The notes: generated by a model from the sequence alone, not told the origin. 63,749 bases of DNA from Campylobacterales bacterium (GCA_011390245.1 JAABSR010000001.1:1-63749); one strand, 5' to 3'. Positions 14,238 to 22,806 are shown, counted from the stretch's first letter. Numbers and translations are program-made.

Positions 14238-14251
14238 AAGGCGATTTATAG

Positions 14252-14536
14252 ATGAAAGATTTAGAACATATAAAAAAGGCTGCTGCCCTCAAATATCAGC
14301 AAAATGCACAAAATGCTCCAAAGATTGTAGCAAGTGGAAAAGGGATGATAGCTCAGAAGATTGTAGAGAGGGCAAAACTCTTTGATATACCTATATTTCA
14401 AAATGAGGCTTTGGTAAATTCATTGGTCGATCTAGAGATAGGGGAAGAGATCCCACCAAAACTCTACAATGCAGTAGTCGAAGTATTTATCTGGTTATAT
14501 CAAAGTGAAAAAAAAGCTGAGCTTAGCCAAACCTAA
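14252..14536 (+). CDS. FlhB C-terminal-domain-like protein (EscU/YscU/HrcU family fragment-type)
   Basis: 94 aa resembling the cytoplasmic C-terminal domain of FlhB (KIVASGKG...A..I...A....IPI..N..L...L). Stand-alone small homologues are common. Confidence 0.75.
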   Translation: MKDLEHIKKAAALKYQQNAQNAPKIVASGKGMIAQKIVERAKLFDIPIFQNEALVNSLVDLEIGEEIPPKLYNAVVEVFIWLYQSEKKAELSQT

Positions 14537-14540
14537 TATT

Positions 14541-14936
14541 TTAGCTCTCCATCTTCATAGCGATATCATTTAAGATATCAAAAATATCTTGCTTATTTAG
14601 GGGCTTAACAAGGTTATAGTCTGCTTTGTCTGATTTGTGACTCTCATCTTTAAATGCAGTTATGACAACTATTGGGACATCATAACCTTTTTTTCTTATC
14701 TCATCAATCAACTCTATACCATTCATCACAGGCATCTCAATATCAGTTATCACAACATCTGGGAGTTTTTCTAAGAATACATCCAAGCCCTCTTTGCCAT
14801 TTGCTGCAAGACTTACCTCTTTTACACGCCTCTTTAGTATAACCTCTATAGCCTTTCTGGTGATCTCTTCATCTTCAATATAAAGGACAGATAATCTACT
14901 CATCAATTCGCTATTCTCAGCCATGCTAAACCTCAC
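14541..14936 (-). CDS. Single-domain response regulator (CheY-like receiver)
   Basis: 131 aa; EDEE acidic pocket, phospho-acceptor context VVITDIEMP, conserved T (ITAF) and K (VKP). Confidence 0.8.
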   Translation of the reverse strand: MRFSMAENSELMSRLSVLYIEDEEITRKAIEVILKRRVKEVSLAANGKEGLDVFLEKLPDVVITDIEMPVMNGIELIDEIRKKGYDVPIVVITAFKDESHKSDKADYNLVKPLNKQDIFDILNDIAMKMES

Positions 14937-14983
14937 CTATTATATTTTATACTTACAGTTAAGACATTCTACATTTATTAGTT

Positions 14984-16933
14984 TTAAGGGAGAATAAAAC
15001 TTTCCAACTCCTCATTTGTCACGATTCTCACTCCTAGCTCCTTTGCTCTATCTAATTTACTCCCTGCATTCTCGCCACAGATGAGTATATCTGTCTTTTT
15101 TGATACAGAATTTGTCACTTTTGCACCCGCTTTTTCAAGCATCTCTTTTAGCGTATCTCTATTCATCTCTAAAGTGCCAGTGATTACAACTATCTTATCT
15201 TTCAAAAAAGAGTTAGAATCTACCTCTTCAAGCTCAACCTCTTTTGGCTCTAAAATCTCTATAAGTTTTAAAATCTTCTCTTTATTTACCCTTGCAAATT
15301 CAGTTAGAGATCTAGCCATCTCCACACCAAAACCCTCTATACTTTCAAACTCATCTTGATTTTTTTCAAACCAAAAAAGTCCCATCTTTTTGCAGATTTG
15401 CTTACTAGCTCCCTCACCAATATGTTCAATACCCAAAGCATTGACAAATCTCCAGCACTCTAGTTTTTTTGAGGCATCTATTGCATCTATAATATTTTGT
15501 GCCTTTTTCTCTTTGAATCCCTCTAGCTCTAATAGCCTCTCTTTTTTTATTTCAAAAAGATCGACCACATCTTTGATGATCTCTTTTTCAAAAAGAAGCT
15601 CAATAATATTTTTTCCCAATCCATCAATATTTAGAGCCTTTTTGCTAGCGAAGTGGATTATGCTATTTAAAACTCTAGCTGGACATGAGAGATTTTGACA
15701 TTTTAGCAATGCTCCCTCATCTAGAAGCTCACTTTGGCATATCGGACACTCTTTTGGCTTCTCTATCTCTTTTTCGCTTCCATCTCTTTTGGCAGCTAGG
15801 GGTTTTATGATTTTAGGTATCACATCCCCACTTCTTATGATTATCACACTATCCCCTATGCGGATATCTTTTCTTCCTAGATCATCAAAATTGTGCAATG
15901 TCGCCCTAGATATTGTTGCTCCATCAATATCTATAGGCTCCAGATTTGCTACTGGAGTCACCACTCCACTTCTTCCTACTTGATATGAGATTCCTACTAT
16001 TTTTCCCTCTTTTTCAACCGCTGGAAACTTATATGCAGAGGCAAATCTAGGAGACTTTATCGTAAACCCTAGCTCTTTTTGGATCTCTATCTCATCTACT
16101 TTTATCACCATTCCATCAAGCAGCACAGACATCCCTAGTCTCTTCTCTTTTAGCTCATGATAAAACTCCTCTATCTCTTCTATGTTGTTACAAAGTTTCA
16201 GCATAGGAGGTTTTGTAAATCCAAAAGTGTATATCATTTCTATTTTTTTGGAGAGCTTTGATTCTTTAAGTGAGTTCTCTCCTATGCCCCAAGGGATAAA
16301 AAGCAGCTTCCTCTCTGAAGTGATTTTTGTATTTAACTGCCTCAAGCTCCCTGCTGCTGCATTTCTAGGATTTGCAAACAGAGGCTGCTCTTTTTTGGCT
16401 CTCTCTTTATTTATATTCTCAAAGTCATCTTTTTTTATCAAGACTTCACCTCTTATCTCTATCCTATTTTTCTCCTCTATCTGCAAAGGAATAGAGCGTA
16501 TAGTTTTGGCATTTTCTGTGACATTTTCTCCAACCAATCCATCGCCTCTTGTGATAGCTTTTTTTAGTGTGCCATCTTCATAGATGAGATTTAGTGATGC
16601 ACCATCAAATTTTGGCTCACACAAAAATGAAGCAGAGGGATATTTTTTATAGATTCGTTCACACCAGCTTTTTAGCTCTTCAAGATTGAAAAGATCATCC
16701 AAGCTCCACATCCTCTCAAAATGTTCACCTTTTTCAAAACTATCTAAGACAACACCCCCTACTCTTTGCGTTGGAGAGTATTCTAGTGGCTCATGCTCCC
16801 TCTCATACTCCTCTATTCTCTTATAAATTTTGTCATACTCTTCATCAGTAACAATAGGATCATCTAGCGTATAGTAGTGATATGCATAGAGATTGGCCTT
16901 CTGTATTAACTCTTTATACTCTTCAAATTTCAT
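14984..16933 (-). CDS. ligA: NAD-dependent DNA ligase
   Basis: Adenylation motif CEPKFDGAS, Zn-finger cysteines (CPICQS...C...C), HhH and BRCT regions. Start moved to the internal ATG at 16931-16933 (MKFEEYKEL...), because the track ORF extends 31 codons into the cheV promoter and start region. Confidence 0.92.
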   Translation of the reverse strand: MKFEEYKELIQKANLYAYHYYTLDDPIVTDEEYDKIYKRIEEYEREHEPLEYSPTQRVGGVVLDSFEKGEHFERMWSLDDLFNLEELKSWCERIYKKYPSASFLCEPKFDGASLNLIYEDGTLKKAITRGDGLVGENVTENAKTIRSIPLQIEEKNRIEIRGEVLIKKDDFENINKERAKKEQPLFANPRNAAAGSLRQLNTKITSERKLLFIPWGIGENSLKESKLSKKIEMIYTFGFTKPPMLKLCNNIEEIEEFYHELKEKRLGMSVLLDGMVIKVDEIEIQKELGFTIKSPRFASAYKFPAVEKEGKIVGISYQVGRSGVVTPVANLEPIDIDGATISRATLHNFDDLGRKDIRIGDSVIIIRSGDVIPKIIKPLAAKRDGSEKEIEKPKECPICQSELLDEGALLKCQNLSCPARVLNSIIHFASKKALNIDGLGKNIIELLFEKEIIKDVVDLFEIKKERLLELEGFKEKKAQNIIDAIDASKKLECWRFVNALGIEHIGEGASKQICKKMGLFWFEKNQDEFESIEGFGVEMARSLTEFARVNKEKILKLIEILEPKEVELEEVDSNSFLKDKIVVITGTLEMNRDTLKEMLEKAGAKVTNSVSKKTDILICGENAGSKLDRAKELGVRIVTNEELESFILP

Positions 16934-17006
16934 AAAAACCTCTATATTTTTTCTCAATTTTATCAATATTATGTATAATTGTACAAATTTTCTTAATGGA
17001 TTTAAC

Positions 17007-17945
17007 ATGGATGTAGATAAAACCACACAACTCTATCTAAACAACGAAGTACAATTTTTCTGCTTTAAACTAAAAAATGGTGGTCAGCACTATGCTGTAA
17101 ATATCTATAAAGTAAGAGAAGTTATAAAATATAAAGGCGAAGTCACAAAGGTAAACCACGATGACTGCTCAGTGCTAGAGGGGCTAGTGACTGTTAGAAA
17201 TGAGACTATGCCACTAGTTGATTTGCATAAGTGGTTTTTTTACGATTCTTCAAATCACTCTGTAGATCTAACAAAACATGGTATAGACGGTGATGATATA
17301 CTGATAATGATTTGTGACTATTCAGATTTTATCGTAGGAATCCGCATCTATGAGGCTGAACGGATTATTAGCAAAAAATGGTCTGAAGTAAATCAATCAA
17401 GCGATATGGGCATGAGCTCTAAAGCTGGCAAAATAGTTGGAAATACTAAATACATAGATGGCGATTTGATGCAGATTGTAGATGTTGAGAGAATGCTTGT
17501 TGATGTGTTTCCATGGATTGAACAAGAAAAAGAGCAGGAACTAGAGACTATCAATAGCATTGATAGTCAAAAAGTGGTCTTGCTTGCTGAAGATTCTCCT
17601 AGTGCTATGAAGATGATGCAAAAGATTTTGAATAAAGCTGGAGTAAAACATTACGACTTTGTAAATGGCAAACTTCTTTTAGATTTTATATTTTCACAAA
17701 AGATAGACATAGAAGATATTGGGGTTGTTATCACAGATCTTGAGATGCCTGAAGCTTCAGGTTTTGAGGTGATAAAACAGATGAAAAACGACTCTAGAAC
17801 TTCAAAAGTTCCTATAGTGGTAAACTCCTCTATGAGTGGAGATAGTAATAGAAACATGGCAAAAAAGCTAAATGCTGAGGGGTTTGTAAGTAAATCAAAT
17901 CCAAAAGAGATAGAGGAGATACTAGAAAAGTTTCTATCCATCTAA
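17007..17945 (+). CDS. cheV: Chemotaxis coupling protein CheV (CheW domain + receiver)
   Basis: N-terminal CheW-like domain, C-terminal REC (LLAEDS, ITDLEMPEASGFE, K in SKSNP). Start set at ATG 17007 (MDVDKTTQ...) rather than 16893, which overlaps ligA. Confidence 0.85.
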   Translation: MDVDKTTQLYLNNEVQFFCFKLKNGGQHYAVNIYKVREVIKYKGEVTKVNHDDCSVLEGLVTVRNETMPLVDLHKWFFYDSSNHSVDLTKHGIDGDDILIMICDYSDFIVGIRIYEAERIISKKWSEVNQSSDMGMSSKAGKIVGNTKYIDGDLMQIVDVERMLVDVFPWIEQEKEQELETINSIDSQKVVLLAEDSPSAMKMMQKILNKAGVKHYDFVNGKLLLDFIFSQKIDIEDIGVVITDLEMPEASGFEVIKQMKNDSRTSKVPIVVNSSMSGDSNRNMAKKLNAEGFVSKSNPKEIEEILEKFLSI

Positions 17946-17995
17946 TGCCAAATCCCTATATTGTTCAATGCTATTGATAATTTCATTATTTCTTT

Positions 17996-18062
17996 AAGTA
18001 TATAACGCTGCAAGCAGTGTGATTTTGGCGGTTTGATTTTTGAAATATACCGTTATATACTT
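17996..18062. promoter_or_regulatory. 12-bp perfect inverted repeat (AAGTATATAACG ... CGTTATATACTT) upstream of modA; candidate molybdate-responsive operator
   Basis: Arms at 17996-18007 and 18051-18062 with a 43-nt spacer. The right arm overlaps the predicted -10 of a TTGATT-N17-TATACT promoter (18033-18061). The half-sites look like the CGnTATATA / TATATAnCG halves I recall for ModE boxes. Confidence 0.4.
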
Positions 18063-18081
18063 TAAAATATAAAGAAAAGGA

Positions 18082-18837
18082 TTGAAGATGTTGAAGGGAT
18101 TAATCTTAGGAAGTTTTTTATTTTTAAGCTCTTTGTACGCAGGAAGTATCAATATAGCCGTGGCTGCAAATGTAAGTTATGCCATAGATGAACTAAAAAA
18201 AGAGTTTAAAAAACTCTATCCAGATACAGATGTAAGAGTCACATTAGGAAGTAGTGGAAAGCTTACTGCTCAGATTAAAAACGGTGCTCCCTACCAGCTT
18301 TTTATGGCAGCAAATATGATGTATCCTGAGGCTTTATATGGTGATGGCATAGCAGTGACAAGACCACTTGTGTATGCTCAAGGTGGCTTAGCGATGTTAA
18401 GTGATAGTAAAAAAGATTTTTCAAAAGGGATAGATATTGTAACAGATTCATCAATTGAAAAAATAGCGATTGCAAATCCTGATACCGCACCTTATGGAAA
18501 AGCAACATTGGAGGCATTAAAAAATAGCAATCTTTTAGATAGGGTAGAAAAAAAGTTTGTCTATGCTGAGTCTATCTCACAAACTGTTTCTTATACAGTA
18601 ACCGCTGCAGATATGGGATTTATCGCAAAATCATCTCTTTATAGTCCAAAAATGAGCCAGTATAAAAAAGGAATCCATTGGAGTGAGGTAGATTCTAAGC
18701 TTTATACCCCTATCAATCAAGGGATAGTACTACTTAAAAATGGTCAAAAAAATAGTGAAGTGGCTGCTTTTTTTACATTTATGCTCAGTCCAAAAGCAAA
18801 GCAGATTTTGGAAGAGTTTGGATATATAGTGCCATGA
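18082..18837 (+). CDS. modA: Molybdate ABC transporter substrate-binding protein
   Basis: 251 aa; signal peptide; overall ModA-like (AAANVSYA, GSSGKL, PYG). The ATG at 18088, 7 nt after AAGGA, may be the real start. Confidence 0.85.
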   Translation: MKMLKGLILGSFLFLSSLYAGSINIAVAANVSYAIDELKKEFKKLYPDTDVRVTLGSSGKLTAQIKNGAPYQLFMAANMMYPEALYGDGIAVTRPLVYAQGGLAMLSDSKKDFSKGIDIVTDSSIEKIAIANPDTAPYGKATLEALKNSNLLDRVEKKFVYAESISQTVSYTVTAADMGFIAKSSLYSPKMSQYKKGIHWSEVDSKLYTPINQGIVLLKNGQKNSEVAAFFTFMLSPKAKQILEEFGYIVP

Positions 18838-19226
18838 TAGAGGCTAAAGTTATCAAGATAGAAAATTGTGATAGCTTGCATATCGTAAAGTTTGACTTTG
18901 AGGGTCAAGCTTTATCTATGATGAGTTTGGAGCTTGATAGTTCAGTTGAAGTGGGAACTAAAGTTTTGTTGCAAGTAAAACCATCCCATGTAGCTATTGG
19001 GAAAAATATCAGTGGAGAGTTGAGCTATAGCAATCAACTAGAATCTCAAATAGTATCCATAAACGCAGGAAAACTTTTGTGTAGTATCAAAGTACAAATT
19101 GCCAAAGATACAATTTTAGAATCTATTATTACCAATAGCTCTTTGGAGCGAATGGAGCTTCAAGATGGTGATAAAGTAATCGCTTTAATCAAAGCTAGTG
19201 AAATCTCCATCGCAAAGGTGTTGTGA
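18834..19226 (+). CDS. TOBE/Mop-type molybdate-binding protein (tandem Mop-like)
   Basis: 130 aa, no HTH; two TOBE-like halves; 4-nt overlaps with both modA and modB. Confidence 0.7.
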   Translation: MIEAKVIKIENCDSLHIVKFDFEGQALSMMSLELDSSVEVGTKVLLQVKPSHVAIGKNISGELSYSNQLESQIVSINAGKLLCSIKVQIAKDTILESIITNSSLERMELQDGDKVIALIKASEISIAKVL

Positions 19227-19915
19227 TGTTGGAAATTTTATCACATTTGGAATTTGAGCCCTTTTGGCTTTCTTTTAAGCTTGCTGGAATTACGACACTT
19301 ATACTTTTTGTTCTAAGTGTTCCTCTAGCTTGGTGGCTTAGTCAAACAAAATCAAAAAGCAAACCAATCGTTGAAGCACTCACCGCTTTACCAATTGTTT
19401 TGCCTCCATCAGTTTTAGGGTTTTATATCCTTGTGGCGCTTTCACATAATTCTCCTATTGGGGTGTTTTTTGATGAGACATTTGGGATAAAATTGGTTTT
19501 TAATTTTACTGGCTTAGTGATAGCAAGTTGTTTTTATAGTTTACCTTTTATGGTGCAGCCTTTGCAAAGTGGATTTGAATCTATCAATAAAAATATGTTA
19601 GAAGCTAGTTACATAGCAGGTAAAAGCAAGATTCAAACTATCATCAAAGTAGCCTTGCCAAATATCAAGCCAGCACTCCTTACTGCCATCATCGTAACTT
19701 TTGCCCATACTGTTGGGGAGTTTGGAGTAGTCTTGATGGTAGGTGGAAGCATACCAGGGGAGACAAAAGTAGCATCAGTAGCTATCTATGAGTTTGTGGA
19801 AGTTATGGACTATAAAGCGGCACATGTATATAGTGCGATTATGTTGATTATTAGCTTTGTAGTGCTTTTAAGTGTCTATATTTTTAATGGAAAAATGAAA
19901 AAAGTTGGGATATAG
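19223..19915 (+). CDS. modB: Molybdate ABC transporter permease
   Basis: 230 aa; 5-6 TM segments and an EAA-loop region ([26 protein letters not shown]). Confidence 0.9.
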   Translation: MMLEILSHLEFEPFWLSFKLAGITTLILFVLSVPLAWWLSQTKSKSKPIVEALTALPIVLPPSVLGFYILVALSHNSPIGVFFDETFGIKLVFNFTGLVIASCFYSLPFMVQPLQSGFESINKNMLEASYIAGKSKIQTIIKVALPNIKPALLTAIIVTFAHTVGEFGVVLMVGGSIPGETKVASVAIYEFVEVMDYKAAHVYSAIMLIISFVVLLSVYIFNGKMKKVGI

Positions 19916-19974
19916 TTTAGTTGATTAACTAAATATAAAGTTTAGTTAGTTTATAGTTTAGTTAAACTACTAAA
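19914..19974. repeat. Iterated AGTTTAGTT 9-mers at the modB / ATPase junction
   Basis: AGTTTAGTT at 19914, 19939 and 19955; inverted partial AACTAAA at 19927-19933. The 10-mer AGTTTAGTTG (19914-19923) recurs inverted as CAACTAAACT at 21118-21127, just before modC. Confidence 0.6.
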
Positions 19975-19988
19975 TAAATGGGGAAAAG

Positions 19989-21065
19989 ATGAAATTAAAT
20001 GCAGGTGGATTGAGTTCTTTGGTGATAGGTAGAGAAAAAGAGATACAAACTCTCAAAGCCTATATTGGCTTTTCACAACATACGGTTATCACAGCTCCAA
20101 GACGATATGGGAAAACCACACTTGCCAATAAAGTCCTAGATGAGCTAAAAGATCAATATTTGATAGTAAAACTTGATATATTTGAAGCAACAAGTATAGA
20201 GGAGGTTTGTGACATCTATCTCAATGCAATCTATAAATCAATAGGAATCACAAACTTTTTGCATAATGCAAAAGAGTCTATATTTAATTTGCTCAATAAA
20301 TTTACTTTGTCTTATGAGGTTGAGGGGATAAAAATAGGATATGAGATAAGCAAAGAGAGTGATCTTAATAAAAAAATAGAAAAAACCTTTAGCTTTGCCA
20401 ATAGCTTTGCAAAGCTATTTTCCAAAAAGATGATTGTCTTTATCGATGAGTTTGGAGATATAGAGAAATTTGGAAAAGATTTTATTAAAAAACTACGCTC
20501 TTACATGCAAACCCATGAAAGTGTAGTCTATCTTTTTGCTGGCTCACAAACTTCTGTAATAAATGATATTTTTTTAAATAAAGAGAATGCTTTTTTCAAT
20601 TTTGCTAGCTTGATGAATATTGATGTTCTAGAGTATGAATCAAGCAATAGGTTTCTAAAAGAGCTAAAAGTCGAAGAGAAAGCTTTGAGTGAAAATGCTA
20701 TAAAGAGAGTTTATGAAGTGACAAAATTTCATCCATTTTACCTTGTAAAAACCATACAAGAGGGATATATCAAAGCACTTTTTAGCAGTAGCAAAATTAT
20801 TGAAAAAGAGCATATTAACCAAGCAGTAGAAAAAATACTGGATGACAATAATGCCTATTTTGAATCAATTTGGCAACAGATCAATCACAAAAAATATAAA
20901 GGAGCTATCTTTAAAGCATACTGCAGTAAAGATATGGAAATAAAGAATCTTCAAATGAGTAGCTCTTATAAGTCGCAGCTCACAAAAGAGCTAAGATCTG
21001 AAAGTTTACTATCAAATGACAATAAGCCTACTGATCCATATTTGTCTATCTGGCTCAATGGATAA
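19989..21065 (+). CDS. AAA+ ATPase of the archaeal-ATPase-like (Orc/Cdc6-related) type with a probable C-terminal winged-helix region
   Basis: 358 aa; Walker A APRRYGKTT, Walker B MIVFIDEFGD. Inserted between modB and modC. Confidence 0.7.
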   Translation: MKLNAGGLSSLVIGREKEIQTLKAYIGFSQHTVITAPRRYGKTTLANKVLDELKDQYLIVKLDIFEATSIEEVCDIYLNAIYKSIGITNFLHNAKESIFNLLNKFTLSYEVEGIKIGYEISKESDLNKKIEKTFSFANSFAKLFSKKMIVFIDEFGDIEKFGKDFIKKLRSYMQTHESVVYLFAGSQTSVINDIFLNKENAFFNFASLMNIDVLEYESSNRFLKELKVEEKALSENAIKRVYEVTKFHPFYLVKTIQEGYIKALFSSSKIIEKEHINQAVEKILDDNNAYFESIWQQINHKKYKGAIFKAYCSKDMEIKNLQMSSSYKSQLTKELRSESLLSNDNKPTDPYLSIWLNG

Positions 21066-21086
21066 AAGAAAATAACAAGGAAAAAA

Positions 21087-21131
21087 ATGCAAAAAGAAAA
21101 TTTACTTATGATTATATCAACTAAACTGTAA
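21087..21131 (+). CDS. 14-codon mini-ORF (MQKENLLMIISTKL) translationally coupled to modC
   Basis: AAGGA at 21077-21081 lies 5 nt upstream of ATG 21087. Its TAA stop (21129-21131) overlaps the modC ATG (21131-21133) as TAATG. modC itself has no Shine-Dalgarno. Confidence 0.3.
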   Translation: MQKENLLMIISTKL

Positions 21132-21982
21132 TGATAAAAATAGATATAAATAAAAAACTCCACGGTGTTGCAGGAGAGATGGTCTTACAAGTAGATTTAG
21201 AGATAAATCAAGGGGATTTTGTAGCACTAACAGGGCAAAGTGGAAGTGGAAAAACAACACTATTGCGAATCCTTGCAGGACTTGAAGAGGCAGAGGGAAC
21301 TTTAAAGGTGGGCAATGAGATATGGCAAGATAAAGAAACCTATCTCAAGTCTCAACTTAGGCGTATTGGTTTTGTATTTCAAGAGTATGCACTTTTTCCA
21401 AATATGAGTGTAGAGCAAAATCTACTCTATGTGGAAAAAGACAAAGAATTGTGCAGACATTTGCTTGATATCACAGATCTTTCTAAGCTCAAAAATCGTC
21501 TTCCATACACCCTAAGTGGCGGACAAAAACAGAGGGTGAGTCTTTGTAGGGCGATGATGAATAGACCAAAACTGCTTCTCATGGATGAACCTCTCTCAGC
21601 CCTAGATCCAGCTATGAGAACAAAACTTCAAAATGAAATTTTGACACTTCATAGAGAGTTTAAGACCACAACTATTATGGTAAGCCATGATCCAAGTGAG
21701 ATTTATAGATTGAGCAACCGTGTGGTGGTATTGCATCATGGGGCTATCACAAAAGATGGAATTGCCAAAGAGGTATTATTGCAAACAAATGGGAGTCAAA
21801 AGTTCTCTTTTGAGGGGGAACTTTTGGATATTATCAAAGTAGATGTAATCTTTGTGGCAATTGTATCTATTGGGCAACAACTAGTAGAGATAGTCGTAAG
21901 TGAGCAGGAGAAGCAAAATCTACAAATAGGTCAAGTGGTACGAGTGGGAACAAAAGCGTTTAGCCCTGTCATAAGAGGTTGA
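21131..21982 (+). CDS. modC: Molybdate ABC transporter ATP-binding protein
   Basis: 283 aa; Walker A GQSGSGKTT, signature LSGGQKQRV, Walker B LLLMDEP, short C-terminal TOBE-like tail. Confidence 0.8.
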   Translation: MIKIDINKKLHGVAGEMVLQVDLEINQGDFVALTGQSGSGKTTLLRILAGLEEAEGTLKVGNEIWQDKETYLKSQLRRIGFVFQEYALFPNMSVEQNLLYVEKDKELCRHLLDITDLSKLKNRLPYTLSGGQKQRVSLCRAMMNRPKLLLMDEPLSALDPAMRTKLQNEILTLHREFKTTTIMVSHDPSEIYRLSNRVVVLHHGAITKDGIAKEVLLQTNGSQKFSFEGELLDIIKVDVIFVAIVSIGQQLVEIVVSEQEKQNLQIGQVVRVGTKAFSPVIRG

Positions 21983-22026
21983 GATAAAAGTCAAAAGCAG
22001 ACAATCACCTCATCCATTTTTACTTT

Positions 22027-22185
22027 TTACCCTTTTCCTATAAAGCTAAAAAAGAGAGATACAGCAATAAGTACAGCCATAAAAATCAAAATCAATTTCA
22101 ACTTTTTATTGCTTATTGGCTTTCTATAGTCGCTTATCTGTTCCAAAGATGGCTCTTCATTTACTCTTTTTTTTTCATTACTCAT
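22027..22185 (-). CDS. Small single-pass membrane protein (52 aa), below the ORF-track cutoff
   Basis: Reverse-strand ATG at 22183-22185 is preceded by GGAGGT at 5 nt. Product MSNEKKRVNEEPSLEQISDYRKPISNKKLKLILIFMAVLIAVSLFFSFIGKG; stop at 22027-22029. Confidence 0.35.
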   Translation of the reverse strand: MSNEKKRVNEEPSLEQISDYRKPISNKKLKLILIFMAVLIAVSLFFSFIGKG

Positions 22186-22317
22186 TGCATTACCTCCAAT
22201 TAGTGTGTTTTTTGTTATCTTTTATAAGTATATCATCATACTTATAAGTTATACTTTGCTATATGTCTAGTAGGATTTAGCAATACTTGAGGAGATGTTT
22301 AGATTGAGACAAAAATC

Positions 22318-22806
22318 TTGATTAGAGAAAAAGTTATTCAAACTCCAATAGGAGCTATGCTTGCCAAAGCTAACCAAAAAGCTATATTATCACTAGCTTT
22401 TGTGGATGAAAATTATGAAGCTGAGCAAAATGAAAATGGGATATTAAATGTCCTAGCTAAGCAACTAAATGAGTACTTTATGCGAAAAAGAGAATCTTTT
22501 GATTTGCCACTTATGCCCCAAGGCACAGATTTTGAAGTAAAAATATGGAAAGAGCTACAAAATATCCCCTATGGAGAAACCATCTCTTACAAAGAGGAGG
22601 CAATAAAAATAGAGAACCCAAAAGCTTGGCGTGCTGTAGCTAATGCAAATGGCAAGAATCCAATCCCTATAATAATCCCTTGCCACAGAGTAATAGCTAG
22701 TGGTGGAAATATAGGTGGCTACGCAAGAGGAATCTGGAGAAAAGAGTTTTTACTAGAGCTAGAAGGTTGCATGGGAATAAGAAAAAATTGCAGTAGGTTA
22801 GTTTAA
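22318..22806 (+). CDS. ogt: Methylated-DNA--protein-cysteine methyltransferase
   Basis: 162 aa; active-site PCHRVI and upstream YGETISY; TTG start. Confidence 0.85.
   Translation: MIREKVIQTPIGAMLAKANQKAILSLAFVDENYEAEQNENGILNVLAKQLNEYFMRKRESFDLPLMPQGTDFEVKIWKELQNIPYGETISYKEEAIKIENPKAWRAVANANGKNPIPIIIPCHRVIASGGNIGGYARGIWRKEFLLELEGCMGIRKNCSRLV

Noticed and set aside
14241-14251. GCGATTTAT just upstream of the FlhB-like gene as a sigma-28 -10 box (CGAT-type).
   Set aside because: It ends only about 2 nt before the ATG, so it would require a leaderless transcript, and there is no matching TAAA -35 element at the right spacing.
16893-17026. An apparent 134-nt head-to-head overlap of ligA and cheV as drawn in the ORF track.
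   Set aside because: Both long forms start at poorly supported upstream codons. Internal ATGs (16933 for ligA, 17007 for cheV) give N-termini typical of each family and leave a normal 73-nt divergent promoter region.
19989-21065. The stand-alone AAA+ ATPase as a defence system (STAND/AVAST-like).
   Set aside because: It is only 358 aa, has no nuclease, protease, TIR or other effector domain, and has no partner gene. It is treated as an insertion or regulatory curiosity rather than a defence system.
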